A DNA stretch of 64,000 bases from an uncultured Verrucomicrobiae bacterium (GTDB taxonomy: Bacteria > Verrucomicrobiota > Verrucomicrobiia > Chthoniobacterales > JAFAMB01), in assembly GCA_963837955.1 (NCBI GenBank), contig CAWIPH010000002.1:1248001-1312000 (forward strand). The letters are read 5' to 3'. Made by a program: the position numbers and the translations under genes. Below the pieces are notes generated by a model. The model did not search any database. It saw only the letters and a list, made by a program, of their open reading frames with translations, and was not told the DNA's origin. Below are positions 51,620 through 61,538 of this stretch, one piece after another. How positions within the stretch are numbered: the first letter of the stretch is position 1; each line of letters opens with the position of its first letter.

Positions 51620-52459
51620 CTAACTGGCAAGATGGGGTTCTACGGCCGGTTCTGGATGCGCAACCGCAGTTGAGCCGGTCTTGTACGTCCAATACAAAGC
51701 AAATCCGGTGAGGAGGGCGCCACTGAGGAAATTGCCGATAGTTACCGGAATCTGATTCCAAAGCCACCAATCCGCGATGGTTACTTTGGCGCCCAGAAGC
51801 ATCCCGGCCGGAATAACGAACATGTTGACAATCGAGTGCTCGAATCCCTGAGCAAAGAAAATAAAGATCGGGAGCCAGGCTGCCGCGATTTTCCCAAGGG
51901 TGGATCGGGAGGTCATCCCCATCACCACGCCAAGCGTAACCATCCAATTACAAAGGATAGCCTTAATAAAAACTGTCGCTAATCCCGCGGCGCCGAACTT
52001 GGCGTAACCGGTCGTTTTTGCTTGAGCTATGGCCACGAGCTTCGCGGCAACTCCAGAAGCGTCCGGAGATTGCCCACACATCGAGAGCGCTGCGGCGAAG
52101 AGGCATGCGTAAAACAGGCTCCCAATCAGATTTCCAAGCAGTACCCAGCCGAAATTGGTTAGCATTGCCGTGACGGAGAGCCTTTTGTCGCTTACGGCTA
52201 GTGGCAGGATAGCAAAGCTCCCGGTAGCTAACTCCAGTCCCAGCAGCACAATAATTACGAAGCCGACCGGGAAAATCAGAGCTCCTACTAGCGGCACATT
52301 CGTTTGGACCGTGGCGGTAACCGCTAGGCTTGTAGCAAAACCGAGCAAGGCGCCCGACAATGCTCCGCGGATAAGGAGATCTTTTACCGGCAACGCACCT
52401 TTGGTGCCACCGGCGACGACCATGGCCTGTACAACCTCGGCAGGTTTAACGTAGTCCAT
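51620..52459 (-). CDS. Formate/nitrite transporter
   Basis: LIFPVG, LELATG, GNLIG, AILCNWMV, FEHSIVNM. Confidence 0.93.
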   Translation of the reverse strand: MDYVKPAEVVQAMVVAGGTKGALPVKDLLIRGALSGALLGFATSLAVTATVQTNVPLVGALIFPVGFVIIVLLGLELATGSFAILPLAVSDKRLSVTAMLTNFGWVLLGNLIGSLFYACLFAAALSMCGQSPDASGVAAKLVAIAQAKTTGYAKFGAAGLATVFIKAILCNWMVTLGVVMGMTSRSTLGKIAAAWLPIFIFFAQGFEHSIVNMFVIPAGMLLGAKVTIADWWLWNQIPVTIGNFLSGALLTGFALYWTYKTGSTAVAHPEPAVEPHLAS

Positions 52460-52486
52460 AGAATTAAGGGGGTTTGCGACTAGGGC

Positions 52487-52502
52487 AGCGTTAACTGTGC
52501 CA
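52487..52502 (-). promoter_or_regulatory. Sigma-54 -24/-12 promoter candidate for nitrite operon
   Basis: TGGCAC-AGTTA-ACGCT with canonical GG/GC spacing, 27 bp upstream of FNT ATG. Confidence 0.65.
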
Positions 52503-52608
52503 GACTCAATTCTTCGGGGCGTACTGGATTATTTCCGGGTATCGCGCTGGACCAGTGGCGAAATATGAACAGTCAATTGCAACTTTTACGGCGTCAGGGT
52601 GAGAAACG

Positions 52609-52625
52609 TGCATCAGAATTGGGCA
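52609..52625. promoter_or_regulatory. NtrC-like enhancer site candidate
   Basis: TGCATCAGAATTGGGCA resembles TGCACC-N5-GGTGCA; ~110 bp upstream of the sigma-54 box. Confidence 0.45.
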
Positions 52626-52647
52626 ATAATTGCCAACGCCAAAGATA

Positions 52648-53784
52648 GGTAGGGCGAAAACCTCGGCGCGCTGGAAACGTTGCTATGTTTGTCACGCTGT
52701 CCGCGCCGGGTTTAAGCCGTTGTGTGGAATGGGCCCCTGATTTGGCTGTTAGTCTTCGGCCATCGACAACATCTTGGATACAGTCACACCGGCTCAAGCC
52801 GATCCCGCCGAGACGGTATCAGGCTTTCGCCCTACCGACCGTGGGTGGTGGCCCAGCGCCGGTAGGGCGAAAACCTCGGCGCGCTGGAAACGTCGCCAGG
52901 TTTGTCACGCGGTCCGCGCCGGGTTTGAGCCGTTGTGTGGAATGGGCCCCTGATTTGGCCTTCCTTGGGGTGGGCCGTTAGTCTTCGGCCATCGACAACA
53001 TCTTGGGTACAGTCACACCGGCTCAAGCCGATCCCGCCGAGACGGTATCAGGCTTTCGCCCTACCGACCGTGGGTGGTGGCCCAGCGCCGGTAGGGCGAA
53101 AACCTCGGCGCGCTGGAAACGTCGCCAGGTTTGTCACGCGGTCCGCGCCGGGTTTGAGCCGTTGTGTGGAATGGGCCCCTGATTTGGCCTTCCTTGGGTG
53201 GGCTATCAGTCTTCAGCCATCGACAACATCTTGGGTACAGTCACAACGGCTCAAGCCGATCCCGCCGAGACGGTATCAGGCTTTCGCCCTACCGACCGTG
53301 GGTGGTGGCCCAGCGCCGGTAGGGCGAAAACCTCGGCGCGCTGGAAACGTTGCCATGTTTGTCACGCGGTCCGCGCCGGGTTTGAGCCGTTGTGTGGAAT
53401 GGGCCCTGATTTGGCCTTCCTTGGGTGGGCCATCAGTCTTCAGCCATCGACAACATCTTGGGTAGAGTCACAACGGCTCAAGCCGATCCCGCCGAGACGG
53501 TATCAGGCTTTCGCCCTACCGACCGTGGGTGGTGGCCCAGCGCCTGTAGGGCGAAAACCTCGGCGCGCTGGAAACGTCGCCACGTTTGTCACGCGGTCCG
53601 CGCCGGTTTTGAGCCGTTGTGTGGAATGGGCCCCGATTTGGCCTTCCTTGGGTGGGCTGTTAGTCTTCGGCCACCGACAACATCTTGGGTACAGTCACAA
53701 CGGCTCAAGCCGATCCCGCCGAGACGGTATCAGGCTTTCGCCCTACCGATCAGGGGTGCTGTTCCAGCGCCGGTAGGGCGAAAA
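52648..53784. repeat. Tandem array of five family-A REPIN units plus a partial sixth
   Basis: Unit starts 52648, 52861, 53090, 53318, 53545, 53772 (213-229 bp period); 24-bp linker GACCGTGGGTGGTGGCCCAGCGCC. Confidence 0.97.
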
Positions 53785-53831
53785 TTTATTTGAGCCGGAA
53801 ACCCCTGAGCGGGTCCTGCCAAGCGTTCGCC

Positions 53832-54791
53832 CTATTTCTGCAAGAACTCCTCGACCGTTTGAAGAAACATCCCGTTTTGGTCGACAAAGGTCAGGTGGCC
53901 GCTCTTGGGCATGACCGCTAGTTTCGATCCTGGAATCAGCGAATTCATCTCTCGCGACAATGTTGGATCACATTCGTCGTGATCGCCCACCACGATCAGA
54001 GTCGGTATGTGGAGCGTGCCCAAGCGGTCCGCGTACTCAACGGACTTGAGGTTGCCGTCGATGATGAATTCGCCATGCGAGCCCCACATTTCCCGGTAGA
54101 GATCCCAGGCCATGATTCCCTGTTGCACCGGATCGAAATTCGGATCGGGATGGTTTTGATAGAGGTAAGGAAAATAGCCTTCGCCCCAGGCCAGTTTCAT
54201 GTAGGCCTCCGGATAGCGGCCCTTTTCGTAATCTTTTCCTTTGCCATACAATCCTCCTTTCTCCAACGCCTGGATCTTGCGGCGCGTCTCGCCGGGCATC
54301 GCGGCCAGCTGCTTTTGAAATACAGCGTTCATTTTGCTGGTGCTATGGAACGTGCTGCACAGTATCAAGTGGTTGAGATTTTGTTGGTATTTAAGCCCGT
54401 AGGCTTGCGCCAGCACCCCTCCATAGGAATGCCCGAGTAGATTGATCTTGCTGAGTCCAAGCGACACTCGTACACCTTCGACATCCTCCACCATATTCTC
54501 GACCGTGTAGCCGGACGGGTCGTCGATCTTCTGGGACCGGCCCGAGCCTCGTTCGTCGATAAAGATGAGCCGGTTATTTCGGGCGAGTGGCAGCAGGTAC
54601 GGGAGCAAGTATTCGTGGGAGGCACCAGGCCCGCCATGCAAGATGACCAGAGGTTCGCCGGAGCCAACCGCCAGGTAATAGATCATCAAGCCGTTCGCGT
54701 CGGCGAAACCTTCTTCGACCGGGAACTTGTCGGCGGCCGTTAGATTCGCGGTCAAACAGAAAGCGACTAGTGCCAAAAATAGAATGCGCAT
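53832..54791 (-). CDS. Secreted proline iminopeptidase-family hydrolase
   Basis: Signal peptide, LHGGPG, DERGSGRS, GHSYGG. Confidence 0.9.
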   Translation of the reverse strand: MRILFLALVAFCLTANLTAADKFPVEEGFADANGLMIYYLAVGSGEPLVILHGGPGASHEYLLPYLLPLARNNRLIFIDERGSGRSQKIDDPSGYTVENMVEDVEGVRVSLGLSKINLLGHSYGGVLAQAYGLKYQQNLNHLILCSTFHSTSKMNAVFQKQLAAMPGETRRKIQALEKGGLYGKGKDYEKGRYPEAYMKLAWGEGYFPYLYQNHPDPNFDPVQQGIMAWDLYREMWGSHGEFIIDGNLKSVEYADRLGTLHIPTLIVVGDHDECDPTLSREMNSLIPGSKLAVMPKSGHLTFVDQNGMFLQTVEEFLQK

Positions 54792-54867
54792 GGATGGCAC
54801 TTGCATAACGTACGGGCTCTCCGGGGTGCAATCGCAAAACGTGCACTCCTTGACCCGGCCGGCTTCA

Positions 54868-55413
54868 CTAGTTCGGCGACGGCGCAGCCGCAACGCTGGG
54901 CACTTTCTTCCACTCCGCATCGACCGCGGGCGGGAGCTTATCCATCCGCTTGAGGAACATCGCGATCTTCCAAATATCCTCGTTTTGCAGTGTCGTGCTG
55001 AAGCTTGGCATCGCGGTGAATCGGATGCCATGCTTGACAACCCAAAACGACGTTGGCTCCGGATCTTCTTCCATCCCTTCCTTGGCGAGTTGGGGTGCTT
55101 CGATATAGAAACCTTGGGCCGGCTTCGACGGCTTGGCGTCCGACGCGCCGTGGCAAATCGCGCAGTTAGCGGCGTACAAGTGAACGCCGGAGATCAGGTT
55201 GTCGTCGGTTGGCTGCAATGGGTTAGTAAGCCCTTTGGTGTCGCGCTCGATAGCGGCCTGCAGCGCCGTCTGCGAGGCCCACTTCTCGAGTGGGCTGGGC
55301 TCGCCGTCGGCGTTTGCCGGCAATAGGCCGTTATTGACAGCGACGAAGCCAGCGCCGGCCAGCACGGCCACGGTCAGGACGATGCCCATGATGAAGCTAG
55401 CGATTGATCTCAT
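54868..55413 (-). CDS. c-type cytochrome
   Basis: CAICH, KHGIRFTAMP. Confidence 0.9.
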   Translation of the reverse strand: MRSIASFIMGIVLTVAVLAGAGFVAVNNGLLPANADGEPSPLEKWASQTALQAAIERDTKGLTNPLQPTDDNLISGVHLYAANCAICHGASDAKPSKPAQGFYIEAPQLAKEGMEEDPEPTSFWVVKHGIRFTAMPSFSTTLQNEDIWKIAMFLKRMDKLPPAVDAEWKKVPSVAAAPSPN

Positions 55414-55450
55414 CCTTAGTAGCTTTTTGTGTGAGTTTCTATCTAAGATC

Positions 55451-56737
55451 TCAAATCCAGGTGCCGTCCGGAATCGTGGTGTTCTTGGGGATCACCACCA
55501 CGCCGTCACGCATGTAAAAGTGCTCCGCATCGAGGTTTGGAGCCTTGCCGTCCGGAGTTATCACAACTCCTTGTCCAATCCGAGCATTCTTGTCGATGAT
55601 GGCCCGATCAATCACTGCATTTCGACCGATGCCCAATGGTGGAACGTTTCCATCAACCTTGTTTACCTCATCCTCATAAAAGTCGGCGCCCATAATGACG
55701 GAGTTTCGAATCGTTGCACCGGTTTCGATCTTGCTGCGAACACCGATGATAGCTCGCTCGATATGTGCATCTGATATGATGCAACCGTCAGCAATGATGG
55801 CGTGCCGGATAGTCGCTGCATTGATCTTACTCGCCGGTAGGAAGCGTGGATGGGTGTAAATCGGAGCAAATCGATCAAAGAAATTATACGGGGGGAGCGT
55901 ATCCGTGAGGGCGAGATTCGCTTCAAAAAAAGCCCCAATAGTTCCAATATCTTCCCAGTAGCCTTGAAAAATGTAGGCAACCACTTTGTAATTCTGGAGA
56001 GAAGTCGGGATGACATGTTTTCCGAAGTCATCCAAATCATTGTTCAATGCGTCGATGAGAATCTGGCGATTGAACACATAGATACCCATAGACCCCTGAA
56101 AGAACTCTGAGTCTTCGGGCAGCTTAAGTTCCTTCAAGAGCTCCGGCGGAATCCGCAGCTCGTCCAGCAACTTGGGATCTTTGGGTTTTTCTTCGAATCG
56201 GAAAATGCGGCGTTTGGCATCACTGTGCATGATCCCGAAAGCCGAAGCGGCATTACGATCAACCGGGGTCGTTCCGAGAGTGATATCCGCGCCAGACGCA
56301 ACATGTTGCTGCAGCAAATGGAGATAATCCATCCGATAGAGCTGATCACCGCTCAAAATGATGAAATAATCGAACGTTCCTTCCAGGAAATAGCGAAGAT
56401 TCTGACGAACCGCGTCCGCAGTTCCCTGGTACCAACGGGCCCCTTCTGGAGTCTGCTGGGCTGCTAAGATTTCAACGAAGTTGCTGGAGAAATTATCAAA
56501 CTTATAGCTGGCATGGATATGACGGTGGAGAGAGGTGCTATTGAATTGCGTTAAAACGTAGATGCGACGCAAGCCCGAGTTCAGGCAGTTGCTGATTGGG
56601 ATATCGACCAGCCGGTATTTGCCAGCGAGCGGTACCGCTGGCTTCGAACGATCTTTTGTGAGGGGGAATAATCGGGTTCCGGCACCGCCACCCATGATGA
56701 TAGCGAGTGTATTGTTTTGGAGGGCGTGCAAATCCAT
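55451..56737 (-). CDS. glgC: Glucose-1-phosphate adenylyltransferase
   Basis: GGGAGTRLFPLT..RSKPAVP, WYQGTADAV, YWEDIGT. Confidence 0.97.
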   Translation of the reverse strand: MDLHALQNNTLAIIMGGGAGTRLFPLTKDRSKPAVPLAGKYRLVDIPISNCLNSGLRRIYVLTQFNSTSLHRHIHASYKFDNFSSNFVEILAAQQTPEGARWYQGTADAVRQNLRYFLEGTFDYFIILSGDQLYRMDYLHLLQQHVASGADITLGTTPVDRNAASAFGIMHSDAKRRIFRFEEKPKDPKLLDELRIPPELLKELKLPEDSEFFQGSMGIYVFNRQILIDALNNDLDDFGKHVIPTSLQNYKVVAYIFQGYWEDIGTIGAFFEANLALTDTLPPYNFFDRFAPIYTHPRFLPASKINAATIRHAIIADGCIISDAHIERAIIGVRSKIETGATIRNSVIMGADFYEDEVNKVDGNVPPLGIGRNAVIDRAIIDKNARIGQGVVITPDGKAPNLDAEHFYMRDGVVVIPKNTTIPDGTWI

Positions 56738-56816
56738 AAGGCGGGGAGTATCCTAACAGAATCGCTCCTCAGCGCCTTGCAAGCATCACAAAACTTTGTC
56801 ACCATGGAATTTCTTT

Positions 56817-58667
56817 ATGTGCGGCATCATCGGCTATATCGGGCAGGCGGAGGCTACTCCGATACTCATGGATGGCTTACGGCGACTGGAGTATCGCGGT
56901 TACGACTCGGCTGGGGTGGCGCTGCTATCCGATGGCAAAATGGAAATTCGGAAATGCGCCGGCCGGATCAATAACTTGGCGCAATTGATTCAGCAAGACG
57001 CGCCGCGCGGCAATATCGGCCTGGGGCATACCCGGTGGGCAACACACGGCGGGGTAACTGACGCTAACGCTCATCCCCATCTCGATCAAAGCGGCAAGCT
57101 CGCGCTCATCCACAACGGCGTGATCGAGAATTTCCAGTCGCTACGCGACCAACTCATTAGCCAGGGCCATCAGTTTCAAACAGAGACCGATACCGAAGTG
57201 TTGGCTCATTTGATCGGGAGAATCTTCGATTCTAAAAAGGGGGAGAAAACGAAGGGCGATCTCCTGGAATCTTTGCGGACAGCTTTGAAGCAGGTGAACG
57301 GCACGTATGGACTCGCGCTTTTGCATCTTGACGTTCCGGACGTGATTCTGGCCGCGCGGCGCGGAAGTCCTCTCATTCTCGGGATCGGTAAGGGACAGAA
57401 TTTCATAGTCAGCGACGTGAGTGCCATTGTTGGGCATACGCGGGACGTGGTTTATCTGGAGGACTACGATCTGGTTACCCTGGAGCGCGATCATTTTGAT
57501 ATCGTTTCGCTCGCCGGCACCGATGCCTCTTTTCACGTAAGTAAAGTCGAATTCACTCATGAAGATGCGGAAAAGGGTGCTTATCCGCACTACATGCTGA
57601 AGGAGATCTTCGAGCAACCGGGAGCGATTCGCGACGCCATGCGCGGCCGGCTTTCAGCCGAAGAAAGCACGGCCAAACTCGGCGGATTAAATATGTCTTC
57701 GCGAGAGCTCCGTGAAGTCGAACGCGTGGTTTTGAGCGGTTGCGGTTCGGCTTTTCACACGGCGCTGGTCGGCGAATACTTGATCGAGAATCTGGCCCAT
57801 CTGCCGACCGAGTGTGAGTTTGCCAGCGAGTTTCGGTACCGCAATATGCCGATGAACAAAGACACGCTGGTCTTTGCTATTAGCCAAAGCGGCGAAACCA
57901 TCGATACGCTGGCCGCCCTGCGGGAAAGCAAACGCAAAGGACACCGCACCCTCGGTATCTGCAATAATGTGGGAAGCACGATTGCCCGAGAAAGCGATGG
58001 TGGGGTTTATATGCACGCCGGACCGGAGATCGGCGTTGCTGCTACGAAGTCGTTTACTTCCCAAATCACCTGTTTGACGCTGTTAGCGCTTTTGCTCGGA
58101 CGTATTCGCCATCTCTCCAGTTCGCAGGGGATCGATGCTATCCAAGCTTTGGAGAGTCTACCTGATAAAGTTCGCCAGGTGTTGGCCGAGTCGGAAACCA
58201 TTCGCGAGCTCGCTGTGAAGTACGCGGACTCCGCCGGATTCCTGTTCTTCGGCCGGCAGTTCAATTATCCGATCGCTCTGGAAGGCGCTCTCAAGCTGAA
58301 AGAGATCAGTTACAAATTTGCGGAGGGTCATCCCAGCGCGGAACTAAAACATGGAGTCATCGCGCTGGTCCGTCCGGAAGTGCCATCGATTCTCATCGCG
58401 CCGGACGATGCGGTCTTGGAAAAAAACATCAACGCGCTCGAACAGATCAAGGCTCGTAACGGGAAAGTAATTGCTATCACCAGCGATGGCTGCAAGGAGA
58501 TTGCGCGACTGGCGGACGACACCATTTTCGTCCCGCGTTGCCCGGATTTTGTTTCGCCTATCCTGACGGTCGTTCCGCTCCAACTATTTGCTTACCATCT
58601 GGCAGTTCATCTCGGTTGCGACGTCGATAAGCCGCGTAATCTCGCCAAGAGCGTTACGGTGGAGTGA
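56817..58667 (+). CDS. glmS: Glutamine-fructose-6-phosphate transaminase
   Basis: MCGIIG, LEYRGYDSAG, HTRWATHG, SQSGET, PRNLAKSVTVE. Confidence 0.98.
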   Translation: MCGIIGYIGQAEATPILMDGLRRLEYRGYDSAGVALLSDGKMEIRKCAGRINNLAQLIQQDAPRGNIGLGHTRWATHGGVTDANAHPHLDQSGKLALIHNGVIENFQSLRDQLISQGHQFQTETDTEVLAHLIGRIFDSKKGEKTKGDLLESLRTALKQVNGTYGLALLHLDVPDVILAARRGSPLILGIGKGQNFIVSDVSAIVGHTRDVVYLEDYDLVTLERDHFDIVSLAGTDASFHVSKVEFTHEDAEKGAYPHYMLKEIFEQPGAIRDAMRGRLSAEESTAKLGGLNMSSRELREVERVVLSGCGSAFHTALVGEYLIENLAHLPTECEFASEFRYRNMPMNKDTLVFAISQSGETIDTLAALRESKRKGHRTLGICNNVGSTIARESDGGVYMHAGPEIGVAATKSFTSQITCLTLLALLLGRIRHLSSSQGIDAIQALESLPDKVRQVLAESETIRELAVKYADSAGFLFFGRQFNYPIALEGALKLKEISYKFAEGHPSAELKHGVIALVRPEVPSILIAPDDAVLEKNINALEQIKARNGKVIAITSDGCKEIARLADDTIFVPRCPDFVSPILTVVPLQLFAYHLAVHLGCDVDKPRNLAKSVTVE

Positions 58668-58685
58668 TTGCGGATCCTGGGCGAT

Positions 58686-58802
58686 GGTAGGGCGAAACAG
58701 ATCCAGCGAAAGCGGGATCTGTGAGCCTTGCTTAGCTGTCCCGTTGTGTTCCCCGCTCCAGGCTCACAGATCCTGCTTTCGCCGGATCTGTTTCGCCCTA
58801 CC
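58686..58802. repeat. Family-A REPIN variant with different distal stems
   Basis: GGTAGGGCGAAA-CAGATCC..GGATCTG-TGAGCC and its inverse. Confidence 0.88.
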
Positions 58803-58837
58803 ATCGCGCATTGCGCCGATACGCCGACAGGCGTCGT

Positions 58838-61093
58838 TCAGTCTCGGGGCGCTAACTCCGCGAGCAGTTTCTCAAACCGCGGATCCTTTCGCAAAGGCTC
58901 CCAGTACGGATCAAGTTTCAAATTGCCGTAGAAAATTCCGTTCGGTATCTTGGTTAAAGTATTGAGCTGTTCGAAAGCTTGATCCGATTCATTGGTCCAG
59001 GCGTAAACGGCGGCTAGATTCATCAGGATACCTGGACCATCCACTGCGTCCTTGGAGATCGGCAGCATTTCAACGGCGCGTTTGCCTTCAGCAATGGCAT
59101 CCTGTTTTTTCGCAAGTAAGGCATCGACCACCGCTAAATTGCTCAGCAGCTTGGCATTTCCTGGCGATACCTCGATCTTCTGATTCAATTTCGCACGGGT
59201 CGCTGCGAAACTGGGTTTTGCGTCGGGTTGCTCTCCTTGCGATCGAGCAAGTAGAATGGAGTAGCAGTCAACTGGAACTGGCACTGCCGAATAGGTAAAG
59301 TTTCCGTCCTCACCACCGCTCTTCATCTGCTCGATCAATTCTGTGGCTTGCTGCCAATTGCGATCTTGCAAAGCACAACTCAGGCGCCAAGACAGCACGC
59401 CTTGATCCTCTGCCAGAGGCGCTGGGAGCGTTGCCGTGGCGGAGCGCAGCGCAGTATTATCTCCGGTCTTAAAAAAGTTTACATACAGCGCCTTTTGAAC
59501 CTTGAGCATTGGTTGATCCGGCGCCAAGTCGATCGCGCGATTGAACTCCTGCTCAGCCGCGTCTAACTGACGTGTCATGAAGAGCGTGTAAGCCAAATCT
59601 GAAATCGAGCCCGGATTACGGGGATCAACGGTGATCGCCTCATTGAACTCCTGGATGGCCTTATCCAAGTTGCCCTGACGCCGGTCCATGTATGCCTGGA
59701 GCGCCATCGCTTCGGAATTATTCGGCAAGCCGCGCCTGGCGATTGCTAGCTGTATCCGGGCACGTTCGTAATCCCGATAGGCATCGTAAAGATGGTAGGC
59801 GTAGGTCAGACGAACCTCGGGGAGATCAGGTTGCAGACGCAACGCGTTTTCAATTGCTGCGTCGGCCAACGCGCGTCGAGTCGGAGTCGGATCGTAAGCG
59901 GTATAAATCAGGTCCTGAGCTTCCGTTTCTTTGCAGTAGGCGCGCGCGAACTTCGGATCGAGTCGGACTGCTCGATCCAGCAGGGTGATCGCGTCAGCCA
60001 GGGTTTTTTCGAAGTTACCGATAAAAAGAGAAGCCGTCGCGTTAGCGATTAACTTCTTGGCCTGAAGGTACAGATCGTATGCGTCGAGACTGTCGGTCAC
60101 TTTTGCTTCAATATTCTTTTTCTCCTCCGCCGAGAGTGTGGCGGTTAACTTTTGAGCGATCGTCTGAGCCACTTCGCCCTGGATGGTAAAGATGTCTGTC
60201 AGATCGCGATCAAAGCTGTCGGCCCAAACGGTATGATCGTTGCGAGCATCGATTAACTCGGTGCTGACGCGTACGTGCTTCCCGTCTCGACGTACGGTTC
60301 CTTCCAAAACGTTGGCCACACCCAGAGCATTAGCGATCTGACGCAAGTCGCGTTTGGAATCGGCGCGATACTGCATGACCGAAGTGCGGCTGATAACTTT
60401 AAGTTGGGCTATCTTGGCCAAGTTATTGAGGATCTCGTCTTGCACGCCGTCGGCAAAGTAGGTGTCCTCTTTATTTGCGCTGATGTTCTCGAACGGTAGA
60501 ACAGCGATGCTTTTTGCGGGAATCTCCAGGACCGAGCTAGGCGGTTTTCGGGTTAAGAACCAAGATGCGACGGCAATGGTCGCGCCGACCAAAATCGCTC
60601 CGAAGAGCCAGCGAGCTCGTTTACCAAATGCGAAAGAAGACGATTGGATTCTTTTGCTTCCTGTTGTGTCTATCGCAGGGGCTCGCCCGTCGTTAGCCAG
60701 CAACTGTCTCACCCGCTCGGATAACGCGTCGAGGTGCTTTTGCAGGGGCGAAGTGATCGCGTCCAGCCAGTGGACCGTTTCCAAGAAATAGCCCAGGCTG
60801 CTGTTCGGCACCACGTTTTCAACGCGAAAAGGGATAACCGCTAGTCCGAGCGAGAAGGCCTTAGCAACTTCCCGTCGCACATGTTCGGAGACGTTGGCGT
60901 TCCGCGAGAACACCAGGATAAACACCCGACACGAGTCAATTCCGTGAATGATTCCAGCGGTCCACTCAGACCCCGCGTCGATGTCGCGCGGAGCGATCCA
61001 GCATTTGATGCCGGTAGACTCTAGCTGGGTGCAAATCGCGTCGGCAATTGCCTTGTCTTTGCTGGAATGGCTAATAAAGACCTTCGACTGCAT
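58838..61093 (-). CDS. TIR domain - TM - TolB-like - TPR protein
   Basis: VFISHSSKD, CWIAPRDI, VRREV; SIAVLPFEN, LKVISRTSV; TPRs; DPYWEPLRKDPRF. Confidence 0.9.
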   Translation of the reverse strand: MQSKVFISHSSKDKAIADAICTQLESTGIKCWIAPRDIDAGSEWTAGIIHGIDSCRVFILVFSRNANVSEHVRREVAKAFSLGLAVIPFRVENVVPNSSLGYFLETVHWLDAITSPLQKHLDALSERVRQLLANDGRAPAIDTTGSKRIQSSSFAFGKRARWLFGAILVGATIAVASWFLTRKPPSSVLEIPAKSIAVLPFENISANKEDTYFADGVQDEILNNLAKIAQLKVISRTSVMQYRADSKRDLRQIANALGVANVLEGTVRRDGKHVRVSTELIDARNDHTVWADSFDRDLTDIFTIQGEVAQTIAQKLTATLSAEEKKNIEAKVTDSLDAYDLYLQAKKLIANATASLFIGNFEKTLADAITLLDRAVRLDPKFARAYCKETEAQDLIYTAYDPTPTRRALADAAIENALRLQPDLPEVRLTYAYHLYDAYRDYERARIQLAIARRGLPNNSEAMALQAYMDRRQGNLDKAIQEFNEAITVDPRNPGSISDLAYTLFMTRQLDAAEQEFNRAIDLAPDQPMLKVQKALYVNFFKTGDNTALRSATATLPAPLAEDQGVLSWRLSCALQDRNWQQATELIEQMKSGGEDGNFTYSAVPVPVDCYSILLARSQGEQPDAKPSFAATRAKLNQKIEVSPGNAKLLSNLAVVDALLAKKQDAIAEGKRAVEMLPISKDAVDGPGILMNLAAVYAWTNESDQAFEQLNTLTKIPNGIFYGNLKLDPYWEPLRKDPRFEKLLAELAPRD

Positions 61094-61230
61094 ACGAGGG
61101 CAGAGGAGGGTTGTAGCCGGTTTGGTCGCTGAAGGCGAGTCTCGGGAATTTTTAGAATTTAGAAGCTAGAAGCCAGAAGGCTGCGCCGGCGAAGCGTGAA
61201 CGGTGAACCACAAACGGTCAACCGGGAATA

Positions 61231-61292
61231 GTAATCGGTAATCAGTAATCAGTGATCGGTAATTCGTGATCGGTGACTGCGGATCAGTGATC
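61231..61292. repeat. Degenerate GTRATCR heptamer array
   Basis: GTAATCGGTAATCAGTAATCAGTGATCGGTAATTCGTGATCGG..; same unit as 4464-4526. Confidence 0.8.
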
Positions 61293-61301
61293 CGCTTAAG
61301 G

Positions 61302-61516
61302 CGGTTCAAAGCGCCGAAGGCGCGATTTAGGATAGCCTAGAGGGCGAAGCCCCAGGATTGGGATCATTAGAAAAGGTCAGCGCTGAAAGCGCGTGACAAT
61401 GTGAGATTAGGGCAATGGCGAGACGCACCTTCAGTGCGTGACCGCAAGGGGGGGCAGATTTCCTAGGGCTTCACCCTAGAGGCTATCCTAAATCGCGCGT
61501 TCCGCGCTTTGAACCG
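61302..61516. repeat. Family-B REPIN-like element
   Basis: CGGTTCAAAGCGCCGAAGGCGCGATTTAGGATAGCC ... GGCTATCCTAAATCGCGCGTTCCGCGCTTTGAACCG; internal GCGCTGAAAGCGC / CGCACCTTCAGTGCG. Confidence 0.85.
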
Positions 61517-61538
61517 GCGAGCCATTTGTGATTGCCGA

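Noticed and set aside
52648..53784. CRISPR array
   Set aside because: Units are near-identical over their whole ~228 bp with no unique spacers, and no cas genes are present
52594..53921. Repeat-protein ORFs in the tandem array
   Set aside because: By-products of a ~76-codon period; frames break at 1-bp unit length differences
56738..56816. glmS ribozyme
   Set aside because: Only 79 bp shared with divergent glgC; no recognisable core
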